A stretch of DNA of 64,000 nucleotides from Mobula hypostoma (Eukaryota), in contig NC_086109.1 of assembly GCF_963921235.1 (NCBI RefSeq), positions 23,438,001 through 23,502,000 on the forward strand. Direction: 5' to 3'. Position 1 is the first letter of the stretch; every line of letters begins with the position of its first letter. The translations under genes were made by a program, and so were the position numbers. Shown one piece after another: positions 51,033 to 63,144 of the stretch. Under the pieces are notes generated by a model, which saw nothing but the letters and a program-made list of their open reading frames with translations, searched no databases and had not been told where the DNA came from.

Positions 51033-51317
51033 AAGATTAACTTGATTTGTCACGTACATTGAAACATCAAAACATACAGTGAAATGCATCATTTGCAACA
51101 CAGGCCAACACCGTTCAAAGATGTACTGTTGCTTCTGGCACCAATATAACATGCCCACAATTTACTAACCCTAATCCATACACCTTTGGACTGTGGGAGG
51201 AAACCCACGCACTCACGGGGAGAATGTACAAAGTTCTTACAGACAGCGGTGGGAATTGAGCCTGAGTCGCTGGTGCTGTAATGGATTTACACTAACTGCT
51301 ACCCTACCGTGCCACCC
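51033..51317 (-). mobile_element. V-SINE/HE1-like SINE, same family as 48403-48720, opposite strand
   Basis: Reverse complement gives gggtggcacggtagggtagcagttag...gggtttcctcccacagtccaaag...tttcactgtatgttttgatg...gtgacaaatc. Confidence 0.8.
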
Positions 51318-51409
51318 ATGCATTAAATAATTGGTTGATTGTTCTTGTCTGTACACCCAGAGGGGCTGTATACTTATGGTCATACTCAGTCGTACTGACC
51401 ATCCTGAGT

Positions 51410-52515
51410 AGGACCATAAGGCATAGGAGTAAAATTAGGCCATTTGGCCCATGGAGTCTGCTCCACTATTCGATCATGGCTGATTTATTATTCCCTTCCC
51501 CCTGTCATCTTTGACACCATTACTAATCAAAAATCTCTCAACTTCTGCTTTAAATATACCCAATGATTTGGTTTCCACGGTTGTCTGTGTCAATGAATTC
51601 CACAGATTCACCAGACTATGACTCAAAAAATTCCTCCTAATTTCTGTTTTAACTGGAGATCATATCCTTTTGCTTTGATATTGTTTCCTTTGGTCTTGGA
51701 CTCTCCCACTACTGGAAACTTCCTCTCCATGTCCAGGCTATACAGGCCTTTCAATATTTGGTAGGGAGGTTTCAATAAGATCCCACCTCATCCTTCTAAA
51801 CTCCAGTGAGTACAGGCTGAGAGAAAATAAACATTCCTCATATGTTAACCCTTTCATCCCTGGAATCATTCTCGTAAACTTCCTCTGGATGCTCTTGTAT
51901 GTCATTCCTTAGATATGGAGCCCAAAAACTGTTCACAATACTCCAAATGTGGTCTGATCAATACTCAGTATTACACCCTTTCTTTTATATTCTAATCCTC
52001 TTAAAATGAATGTCCACATTGCATTTGCCTTCTTCACTCTCAATTCTTGCAAGTGAATCTTTAGGGAATCCTGCACCAGGACTCCTATATCTCTTTGCAA
52101 TACCAATTTTTGTATTCCCTCCCCATTTAGAAAAATAATTGATATCTTTATTCCTTGTATCAAAGTACATAACCGTACACTTCCCTACATTATATTCCAT
52201 CTGCCACTTCTTTGCCAAATCTCCCAATCTATCTGCAAACTATCTGCTTCTTCAATACTACCTGCTATTCCACTGATCTTTGTGTCAACCACAAACTTAG
52301 CCACAAAGCCATCCAGGTCATTAACATATAACGTGAAAAGTAGAAAACCAGTACTGACCCTTAGGGAATACCACTAGTCACAGGCAGCCAACCAGAAATG
52401 GCCCCCTTTATTCCTACTCTTAGCTTTCTACCCATCAGCTAATCTTCTATCCATGCTAGCACCTTATTTGTGATACCGTGCGCTCCTATCTTGTTTAGCA
52501 GCCTTATATGCCACA
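51410..52515 (-). mobile_element. CR1 LINE 3' fragment
   Basis: AKKWQMEYNVGKCTVMYF...QRDIGVLVQDSLK...VKKANAM..FI.RGLEYK. Confidence 0.85.
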
Positions 52516-52538
52516 CTGGTGGAGCCTTGGTTTGTATG

Positions 52539-53048
52539 TCAGTCAGTCAGTCGGTGGGTGCTGTCCTGAATCCGGGGTTGGCCGCTATGCATCTCCATCT
52601 TCTTTGATCTTGCGACAGCACTGAGTACAGCCTCTCCTCCAGTTTGTTCTTGCTAGCCGCCTTGGCTCTGCCCACCGCCGCCCCGCTGAACTCGAGCCTG
52701 AGGCTGTGTCGGCCTCCAGCCGTGGCATTTTCTTTGAGCTCGGCCCTTCCTTAGGTGGAGGCCTTGGGCAGGTCCAGGCATACGGTGCAGTGCCCAAGTT
52801 CATCATGTCTCTTCTAACTAGGTGCATAGCATACGATTCGTAGATTCGTGGTGAGGCGTTAATCTCTTCCACAGAAGATGGCCATTGGCTCACGAGGAGC
52901 TCATCTGCCCTTTGTCAGGTCTTGTTTTTTTTTTAGTCCTGCTGGGTGTTCTCACACCCTCATCACCAGACTAAGTCCAGTGGGGGAGCCGGCCCAAGTT
53001 GCCGACCACTCAACCACACTCCCCGGCCGAACGCCGGGCGCCCACCCC
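52539..53048 (-). mobile_element. Young 510-bp non-autonomous retroposon with perfect 10-bp TSD
   Basis: TSD ggtttgtatg at 52529-52538 and 53049-53058; (GACT)n 3' tail on minus strand; CpG-rich. Confidence 0.85.
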
Positions 53049-54047
53049 GGTTTGTATGATAAGGAGAAAATTATCCCAGTTCCTATCAGTTTTGGGACTC
53101 TGCAACACAAGGTAGCTTAATTGGATTCCAGAAAAGGACAAGTCCTGCAGTCATTTTACAGGGAAGGACGAGGTTCAGTTCAAAAGGAGCCAAGAGTAGT
53201 CTTCAAGAGAGTACTGCTAGTAATCCCAGACACACAGAAAGAAAAAAAAAACTTTTTATTTATGTGGTTTCTTTCACCATCTCAGGATGTTCCAAAGCCC
53301 TTCACAAGCAGTTAAATACTTTTGAAGGGTATCACTGTTACAGAGTAAGAAACCTCGTTGCCACATTGACACAGCCATCTTCCATAAATAAAATTATGAA
53401 ATGATCATATTCTTTTTTCCACAGTTATGTCGATTTAAATTGACTTCTACATTCCTACAATTCAACAACTGCCATACTTCAGCAGGATCTAGTGGCCATG
53501 AAATGCTTTGGAATGGCCAAATTACATGAATATATAAATATTAATGTAACTTATAACACAGCTCTTCATTTTGTTCTATTCTTAATGTTATCAGCAAGGC
53601 TATGGGGACGAATTTGACTTTTTACAAAATCGTGTCATAGGATCTTTACCTGAGGGCACCTCTGGGACACTGTTTACTGAGACAGTGCAACACTCTCTTG
53701 ATATTGCCATAGCAAGTCAGCCTGAGTTACCTCCTAAGTCTCTAGAGTCAACTTAAGTTGAACTTACTGTCATATGTACAAGTTGGTGAGGCATAGGTTC
53801 AATAAACAACTTACTTGCAGCGATATCACAGATTCAGAGCAGACGCTAAGCATAAGTTATATAAGGCAGTGAAGAGGAATAAAAAGGCTGTCAAGATACA
53901 AAGCATTGATACAAAAATAAATCACAATCAGAGACAAGTCCAAGGTAGTTCAAGATAAATGCTGCATTGTGTTCTGTTGCCATGGTAGGTTTAGGGTTGT
54001 GCAGATCAGTTCAAGTGTCTGATGGTCATACAAAATAGTATTCCTGA

Positions 54048-54127
54048 ATCTGGTAGAGTGAGTGATCTGATAGAGTGAGTGATCTGGCAGTGTGAGTGAT
54101 CTGGTAGAGTGAGTGATCTGGTAGAGT
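54048..54127. repeat. 17-bp minisatellite, ~4.7 copies
   Basis: Unit atctggtagagtgagtg at 54048, 54065, 54082, 54099, and partial at 54116. Confidence 0.95.
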
Positions 54128-54210
54128 AGGGGGTTCCCAATCTGGGGTCCACAGACCTCTGGGTAAATGTTAGGGTCCAACAGCATATAAAAAGGTTAGG
54201 GATCCCTCTG
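54127..54210. mobile_element. Short hAT-like MITE
   Basis: taggggttcccaatct ... aggttagggatccctctg imperfect TIRs; related 5' half at ~59068-59108. Confidence 0.55.
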
Positions 54211-54824
54211 TTAGAGGAAGTGGTTGAGGCAAGTATATTAACCACATTTGAAAGGCACTTGCACAAGTACATGGATAGGAAAGCTTGAGAAAGATGTGGA
54301 TCAAAGTTGGGAATGTGAGTATATTCTCAGATGGGCAAGTTGGGCCAAGGACCTGTTCCTGTGTTGTATGACCCTATGACCCTACTGCTACTATCCTTTA
54401 ATGTCATTATAACCTTCTGTGTCATCTGCCTATTTCTTTCTGCTTTAATAGATGGGCAATTAATGGGCTGTAAATTGGGTGTCTTGATTGCTATGCTGCC
54501 TTAGATAAGACCACTTCTGTAGAATGAGGGATTTCTGCTGACGTAGTTAACAGCTTAGTCAGGGTTTATTGAGAATGTCAGTATAAGGCAGTGGCTCAGT
54601 GTTGCAGTCACCAGCCTGTGTCAGCCAACCCTTGTTACAGTTGTCTCAGTTCCTCACTGCTGCCAAATTGAAGTGTTCACAATTTGTTACTAAATTTATT
54701 GTCAGTGCCACAGTGGAAAGGTGGCCAAACCTGTTGGGCACCATCATACATTGTCAGTTTATGTATCTCTAACAGTCTGTAGGAATCCACAGTTCTGTTC
54801 GAAAAAGGGAACTATGCTGGTGAT

Positions 54825-55167
54825 TTGTGATTGTTCTCCTGGTAAACTAGGCTTTGTCATCCTCCAGTACCTCCCTGCAACTCCGTCATGGATGGTCCCA
54901 AGCCCATCTGTGAAAGGAGAGGTTTGGGCTTAAGGGCTAACTACTCCATCCCGTAAAAACCCAGAGCTACAGAAGTGCCAACAGAAGCTCCAAAGACCTC
55001 ATTCCTGGGAGAGGAAGGATCCTTGTCTAGAAGCCGTATGAAGCTGTGTGGCGAAAGCAGAAGGCTGAAGGCCAATTAACCCCTCCGTCGAACCATCGGA
55101 TAAGGACAGGCAACGGTGTCAGGCTGCTCTCGGTGGCCTCTGCCCCAACTGGATGATGGGCTTAAGA
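54825..55167 (+). mobile_element. RTE-derived non-autonomous retroposon
   Basis: ggatggtcccaagccc...gggcttaagggctaactactccatcccgtaaaaac (RTE 5'UTR-like) joined to an RTE-like 3' end (ggtggcctctgcccca..ggatgatgggcttaag). Confidence 0.55.
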
Positions 55168-55434
55168 GAAATAAAAGTATCTCTCTGCAGCACTTAACGT
55201 GGTTGATCACGTATGCCTTGTCAAAGGCATTTGTTCCCTCATATTCACTGTATTTGAATATTTTCCGGCAGTGACATCACATCCTGTTTCTACATGCAGG
55301 CTGACAACACCCATTCACCTTTCCAACACCTGCCTTCACCATTTCAATACCTCCGTGTCACTGAACTGATTAGCTGATTTCTGAACTGGGACAAGCTGCA
55401 GTCTCTTGCACTTTGACCTCAGTAAGAATAAAGC

Positions 55435-55715
55435 CGCAGCAAGGTAGCATAGTGGTTAGCACAACGCTTTACTGTACAGGCAATCCGGGTTTAATTCCTG
55501 CTGCTGCCTGTAATGATTTTGCACGTTTTCCCTGTGACTGCGTGGGTTTCCTCCGGGTGCTCTGGTTCCCTCCCACAGTCCAGAAATGTAGCAGTTGGTA
55601 GTTAATTGGTCATTGTAACGAGGCTAGGATTAAATCAGGGCACTGCTGGGCGGTGTGGTTGAAGGGTCGGAAACCTATTCTGTGCTGTACAGTATCTCAA
55701 TACAATAAAATGAAA
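55435..55715 (+). mobile_element. V-SINE/HE1-like SINE
   Basis: ggtagcatagtggttagcac; gtgactgcgtgggtttcctccgggtgctctggtt..cctcccacagtcca (V domain). Confidence 0.82.
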
Positions 55716-55796
55716 AAGTGAAATAAAATAAAATAAAGCTCTGGACTCTTAGTACAATCTCTACAGCTTGTCCTTGTCTGGCCATTCTCTCAGGAT

Positions 55797-55991
55797 GCTG
55801 CTGTTGTTCCTCTCCACACCTTGTGGCAACATCGGGCTGTTTCTTCAGCATCTTTTTTTTTAACGAAGCTGAGTTGCTAGCATGATGCTGAACCCAGCAC
55901 AGATGGAAATGTGGAAGGAGCCAGCAGGATTTGAACCTGGGACCGTTTACCTCAAACGTCCAATGCTGATGCCACTATACCACCAGCTGGC
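55797..55991 (-). mobile_element. tRNA-derived SINE with 11-bp TSD, family of 25734-25940
   Basis: TSD tctctcaggat at 55786-55796 and 55992-56002. Confidence 0.85.
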
Positions 55992-58579
55992 TCTCTCAGG
56001 ATAAAGTAAATATTAATGAATAGGAGCCCGAGAAGATTAGAGAACATAAATGAGAAATGGATGGATAAGTGAGGGGCAGAGTGTTGGCAGCAGAGTCCTG
56101 AAGGATTTGCAACAAAATCTAAGTAGTAGAAATGTAAGAGAGAAGGAATGTGTGGGGACCATTGCCACAGTTAATCTAACAAACGTGATATGATGTACTC
56201 TCACTAATTTTAAACTGCAGCGAATACACAACAAAGGCATAAACTATCTGATAAAAATATTGTAGGACCCAGCTATCCATTTGCATATTTGCTGTTTCAC
56301 AACTAATAATGAATAATTGTTAAGGCTCCCTAAATTACTCTGACTATGAAATATACTATTTTTGGCATGCGCCAAAGTCTGTATTATCAGAGCCAATGTT
56401 GCTGTTCTGAACTCTGAGAATATAAAAATGATGGAACAATTATTTCTTGTTACAAATGATCTTAGAGTAGGTTAAAAGGTTGGCACAACATCATGGGCCA
56501 AAGGGCCTGTAATATGTTCTGTGTTTTACAATCGATGTTGAAAATGGCCCTGAGGTGTCACAGGAGAGCCGCTCCTACAGAAAGTGTGCACTGTTGGCTT
56601 GTAGTTCATCTGCTCCCTGAGCACGATTTGAATGTGTCTCATATTCATCACTGGATACTCGTGGAGAGTTGAGATTCAGTATGGGCCAAGCTGGGTATAG
56701 TTTCCAGACTGCTGACCATTTTGGGTACAGTTTCGCAGGCAGTAAGAAACAGGAATGTTGAAGGCTGGCGACTATGTGTCTGAATCCAAGTCCAAGTCCG
56801 TTCGAGGCCGAAGAAGATGGCCTGTCTTGGGAGGGGGGGTGAGGGTGTTAGAGGAGTGTGTGGGAGGGAGGAACAGGGCTTGTTTTGTTGCTGGTTGTGT
56901 TCTGCTGAGAATTGTGGGTATGCTATGTTGGCACCAGAAAGTGTGGCCCCCTGCCCAGCTCATGTGTGTTAGCTTTAAAACCAACAGCATATTTCACTGT
57001 GTGTTTTGATGTCGACGTGATAAATAATCTTGTATCTTGAAAAAAATGGCGGTGCTTTGTCTTCAATGTAGAAAGGCCTATTGCAAGTGTCACCTGTTAT
57101 TCAAGCAAGCTTGGTTGCAGGATGTTATGGAGAAAGGATCTGGCATAAAAAGGGGAGCCTGGATTTCTTACATAGTTCCTTGCTTCTAATCTCATTAACT
57201 CAGCACAAACTTTGACCTCTTACGAACCAGGGACTTGCTTAATCTCAGGTTTTGTTTTGAAAGGCTCTGATGTAAACATTAACAACATTGCTTCCAGAGG
57301 TTAGTGATCAAACTGCTAGGTTCAACCTAAAAACTAACCGCTGTTTCTTCTCACCCAATAAAGTCGTAGAAGTCTAAAAGGGAGACGTAGAGGTGAATGC
57401 AAGGCAGTGAGTTTGTATATGGTAGGGGGAGGTGGTGAAGGTTAAAGTTCCTTCTTCCGCTTGCCCAATGTTAGTTGTAGTTTTTGGCAACTACATCTGG
57501 TCTCCCAGCAATGCCAGTCTCCGAAGACAACAAGATCATGAAGGAACAAGACAGGGCTGCAATCCTTGAGGCACCAAACCCTCACAAGTTCCATCGGGTA
57601 AGATGGCAAAGCAGTAATGAGATATTGCAATGAGTATTTCTAACAGTGTAGTCTGAGAGCGCATTGTCAAGGTTAAATCTTTGAATTCCGTGTCCTTTGA
57701 GGTCCTTCATACTCTGCAGGTGCTCCAGACTTCTATCAAATAGAAAACAGCTATCACCCTCTTAGTTTTTAATATTTTCATGCCAATTTTGCTCCTATTC
57801 AGAAGTTTCTGTTCATGTCTGAAAACTGCACCGTGATCATCTGTCCAGTTATCTCTAGCACTCTCTGCATCCCTGCCCACGATAGGTTTCTGTGTCTCTT
57901 TCACAATTTTCTGTTTCACTTTTTTCTGCAGCTCTCTTTCTGTCTGTGATCCAATTTTTATTTTAAACATGAGAAAATATTCAGCTACTGGAAATGCTGG
58001 AGGAACTCAGCAGGTCAGGCAGCATTGACGGAAGTGAATAGATAGTCAACGTTTCGGGCCGTGGCCCTTTTTTAAAATCTGCTTTGTGTTTCTTCACAAT
58101 TGGCTCTGCTTGCTTTCATTTTATCCCCCCGGCACACTCTTGTTTACCTCCTCACTGCTAGCCAACTCAGCTCACCCATATTGCTCTGTCACAGTGTGAG
58201 ATTTAACATCATCTTTTGGTTCTCTTTTGCACTTTGGGCAGACCAGAGTTCACTAGCTTAAATCTGTAATTACTATGAATAGATAATGAAGCACAGTTTC
58301 TTTGTCACCATTTAGATATTTTAAGTAGTGATTCTTCTGAATTTTGTTGAATGTGCCTGGTCTTTACATTGCTTTCCTTTGTGCAAAGGCATCGGTTTTG
58401 TAACAGGTGCATAGCATTCTTGTGTGAAACTGATCCACAGCTGAGTTGAACCTTATCAGCACAGCGCAGCTTTAGGGAACATGTATGATGAGGTCATAAT
58501 TTAGCAGCAGGCTTCACAATAGATAAGTGTTGAATTGATCTTTTATCTGTTTTAAATTCCATTCTCTTATTTATGGAGA

Positions 58580-58910
58580 TGACAGCTTGAGTTCAGTGAC
58601 AAATACTCACCTCTGAGTCAGAAGCTTGTGGTACTCAAGTCCACTCCAGAGACATGAACACACAATCTAGGCTGATGTTGCAAGTGCTGAGGGTGTGTTG
58701 CATTAATGGTGTTATCTTTCAGATGAAATATTAGACTATATTTTCCTCTCCAGTGAATGCTGAATATTCAGTGGCATCATATTGTAAAAGAGCGGCAGAG
58801 ATGACCTTGGTGTCCTGACCAATAGTTGTTCAACATCATTAGCTAGTTCATCTGGTTATTATCACCATTTGTGCAACCTTGCTATGAGGAGATTAGCTAA
58901 TGCACTTTCA
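58580..58910 (+). mobile_element. Ancient Deu-domain SINE (SacSINE1-like)
   Basis: ctcacctctgagtcagaag..tgtgg..tcaagtccactccagagac..gaacacacaatctaggctga; ggtgtcctgaccaata...tctggttattatcac. Similar relics at ~42420-42740(+) and ~53250-53750(-). Confidence 0.7.
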
Positions 58911-61900
58911 GCATTAATTTGGCGACAGGAGGTAAAATTATATGTAGTTGTGTAATAGAAAATGAAGCTGAGATCTCTGGAGAGGCAGAGATAACAAGGG
59001 AGGAAGGTAGATAGAGAAGGAATATTGATGTAGAGGTAGTGAGACCATGAAAGAAATAGGTTTAAATCAGCAGTTCCCAACCTGGAGTCCATGGACCCCT
59101 TGGTTAATAAGACCACAAGATATTGGAACAGAATTAGGCCATTTGGCCCATTGAGTCTACTCCCCACCATTTCATTATGGCTGATTCATTTTCCCTCTCA
59201 GCCCTAATCTCGTGCCTTTTCCCATATCCCTTCATGCCGTGATTAACAAAAGTCTGTCAACCTCTGCCTCAAATATACATGAAGACTTGGCCTCCCTGCA
59301 CCTTTGGCAGCAAATTCCACAGATTCACCACTCTCTGGCTAAAGAAGTTCCTCCTCATCTCCATTCTAAAAGGACAGCCCTCTATTCTGAGGCTGTGTCC
59401 CCTGGTCTGAGACAGGTAAATGTCAGAGAAGAGACAAGTAGATAGTGGAAGGAGGACATAAAAAGAGGGAACAGAAGTGGAATGATGGAGAGAGAGATGT
59501 GAGATAGGGAAATACAGACAAAGATGTGATCAGGAACAGTCAGAGAGACTGAAGGAGAGAGAGCAAAGACGGATGAGAAATTAAGAGAGAGAGATGCACA
59601 TACAAACACAGATGCACCAGTTCTTTTTACACATAAGAACTCCAAATGCCAATAGGAAGGTTTACTTCTTTCTTGTCCAATCCAGTTGATTGCCTTAATA
59701 TTCCTTCCTAGCTAACCATTTACACAGTCATTAACCTAGTTTTTGAGAAACTGTATAGTTATCTGATGGCTTATCACAGCCTAAAACCATGCACTTGCAG
59801 CTGTCCTTGGAGCACTGTGTTGTAAAAGAATGTGATGGATGAACTTTTTTACAGTTCACTGCTGTGTGCTGTGTCATCATCTTTCATGGAGTTCAGACAA
59901 AACTTAGATCTGAGTCTGTGTCATAATCTGTTTCTCCTTGAAGATACTGACCCTCATGTGGATCTAGAGCAGGTATGCTTCCTCTTCCCAGTTCAAGTGT
60001 AAATAGGGAAGAAATAATTCTACAGTTGTGCAGAACTCTAGCTGGACTGCAAATGGAAATTTGCATTTAGCTCTGGTCACTTCGGATGGATACTTGAGGG
60101 AGTGCCATGCGGAGTAATAAAGGTATAAAAGGGTTAAATTACAAAGACTTTTTTTATTTGTGAAATTTGTTTTTTCCACATTGGTTGTTTTTGGTCATTG
60201 CTTATACCTGATGAAGGATCTTGGCCCGAAACATCGACTGTTTACTCTTTTCCATAGATGCTGCCTGCCTGCTGAGTTCCTCCAGCATTTTGTGCGTGTC
60301 ACTTTGTTTATGTATAGTTTTTTCATGAATTCTATTGTATTTCTTTATTTTCATGTAAATTCCTGCAAGAAAATGAATCTCCAGGTAGTATATGGTAATA
60401 TGTATGTATTGTGATAATAAATTTTGCTTTGAACTTGAACTTTGATTGAATTATATTCCAGGCAGTTTAGAAAATAAAGGGCCGATATGGAGGTATATGG
60501 GATAATTGAAGTGCTGATAGATTCAAATTCCCTTCTAAAGGGAGTTCAGGACAAGGGAGATTAACTTGAAATTTCTGTGGTAGGACTGGTGTGATGTCTG
60601 CATTCAATTATCCCCATGAAAGCTGTGAAATTTAGAATGTCTCTTCCAAAAGATTGTGCAAGGATATGAAGAGATACAGAACTAAGACACTTTGATGGAT
60701 TAACATTCAGATTGTCTACATTCCAGTTTATCAATGGAACAGACTTGAGAGGTGGAATGTGTCCTTGTCCCCACAAGCCAGTCTTGCCATTGAAGGAATG
60801 ATTAAACTATGTAGAAAGGTCAGACACAACATAGCAATTCAAGAGGAGACTCCTGAAAGCTTGAGATTGAAAGTAAGAAGTTCCTGGGAATAGTACAAGA
60901 CAATTTTACAGAAATTGAAGGGTGTATGATTAACCTCAGAAGTGTAGTCACCGTAGGTTCAAGTACTTGCAGGAAACAGTTTGGTGCTTTTCGGAACTGG
61001 TGGCTTCTAATGTGGATGGATACTGAATGGGTTCAGGTTATCTTCCTGATGAGTGGATTCTGAGTTGAAAGTATCTGCTAATCTGCTGTAATAAGAACTC
61101 ACTTGTATCTTGGTGTAACCACATTACTGAGGGCCAACTCCTTGGTGTCTCTAATGATCAATTCTAATGCCTTATGTGGCCAAGTGCACTTTATCTAGAG
61201 TTTACTTTCAGGCAGGTTTGGAGGTCCTTTTGGAACTGATAAAGCAGGTGGTGCCCCATCAAAGGTGGGAAGATAAGGCTTGAAGGTCTGATTGACTCCA
61301 CAGAAAATTGTATATTTCCTTTGGCCAAGTAACATGTTCAGTTAGCCATTGATAGAGTTTACAATACACGTTACCTTCCAACTTCATTTTGTCAAATTTT
61401 CTGCATCTTCAGCTATTCCTTAAATAGATCTGTAGTAATTATTTCTGTAATAGTGAGTTTCTGTTCTCACCATTCTTCATGTGAAGGTGCTTCTCTTTAA
61501 TTGCACATTGAATTTATTACTGACCATGTTTACTTGCTGACACCCCCGCCCAGGAGTGGAGTAATCATCTCTATGAAATATATCTATATTTTCTCTGAAT
61601 CCACCTTATTGACCATCAGATTCAGTATTGTGAATATTACCATCAAGTCTCAACTTAACTTTCTCATTTCCAGTGAAAGGTTCCCCAATTTGCTCATGCA
61701 AATGAGCCCAAAAGTTATCACTTCCCACTGAAAATCATCATGCTGTGCCTTCACCCGTATCTCCATCTCTTTTGGGTTTAAGCACTCTGTAGATGTACGA
61801 ATGATGCAGGCAAGGTGTCACAGTTTTTAGGGAAACTGTGTAGAGTTACAGCTTCATTGTATTGAGATAATGACCTGGGGTTTGCCCGCTTTGGGTCCAA

Positions 61901-62325
61901 GCAAAATTCAACAATTCTGAATGTAATAGTGACCAGTTAATTTTAAGTGATATTGGACAGGATACTTAGGCTTTTGAATAGTGCAACAGGATTTTTTTTT
62001 ACATCCTTTTGGTAGATCAGATTGGAGAGCATAGAACAGTACAAGACATGAAAAGGCCATTCAGCCCATGATGTCTATGCTGACCATGATGCCAAACTAA
62101 TGAGCCAAACTAATGACATCTGCATACACATGATCCATATTCTACCTTTCCTTGTATATTCTTCTACCTGTTCAACTGCTTCTTAAGGTCCACTATGATG
62201 TCTGCTTCTACCATTACTCCTGGTAGTGTGTTCCAGATACTTGCACTCTCTGTCAAAGAAACTTGTTCTGTACATCTCTTTTAAACTTTCTTTCTCCTGC
62301 CTTAAAGCAGTGCCCTTTAGTATGT

Positions 62326-62422
62326 CCTGATGAAGGGTTTCAGCCCGAAACGCCGACTCTTTAATCTTTTCGATAGATGCTGCCTGGCCTGCTGAGTTCC
62401 TCCAGCGTTTTGTCTGTGTTGT
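62326..62422 (+). mobile_element. 97-bp Penelope-like insertion with 12-bp TSD inside a CR1
   Basis: TSD cctttagtatgt at 62314-62325 and 62423-62434; begins cCTGATGAagggtttcagcccGAAAcgccgac. Confidence 0.85.
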
Positions 62423-63144
62423 CCTTTAGTATGTGATATTTCTACCCTGGAAAAGGATTTTGACCATCTAACTTGGTCAGACCGATCTTGGCTTAACACT
62501 GCATTTTAAATTAGCTCGGTCTCAGTAATGTACGGTCAAAGATCTACATACGAAATCTTGGCAATTCAATTTCTTGAGAATCTTGTCAAAAGTTACAAAA
62601 TGTGAGCTGAAATCTGCACAGGCAATTGAGCCCAAGGGAAGCATGGCTTACTCACCATCTCCTGCCGAGCCTCCCATTACTTCCTGAATGTACGTTTTAT
62701 TGTTGAAAACTGTTCTTTTTAATACGGATGCCTTCCTGTCTTGATGTCTGCAGAAAAGCTTAACAAAAATTATTAGGAATGTTTATTTTAGGTTTGGATG
62801 GACCTAACATTTTGGGAGTAAGCTCACATCCATTCAGAATGAGAATAAATGCAGGAACTACCTGAACATCCAACTACAGTTTGTGCACGGGGCTCTATAC
62901 AGCCTCTGTTAAAAAGTGTGGGGTTTAACAAGTTCCGCATGGGAGATCATTAATTGATGGCAGTATTTGCACATTGCATCTGTCTTATATACATACCAGC
63001 ATCTTCTCCATGAAACTCGCTTCTGTGACTTTCCTTGGGGTGGAGGGGGATTAACCAGGTCAACTGCATTCTTGCACCATAGTGAGATTAACACTTCCTA
63101 GGAAAAATTGGGCCCATTAACTGCATTTATAAAAAGACCTATCG

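Noticed and set aside
52585..52893. 102-aa ORF as a host gene
   Set aside because: Entirely inside the TSD-bounded retroposon, non-ATG start, no known domain.
54048..54127. CRISPR-like appearance of the 17-bp repeats
   Set aside because: Head-to-tail repeats without spacers in eukaryotic DNA; a minisatellite.
54890..54932. atggtcccaagcc resembling the HDV P2 strand
   Set aside because: Followed by a simple aagccc/gggctt hairpin; no L3, P1.1 or J4/2.
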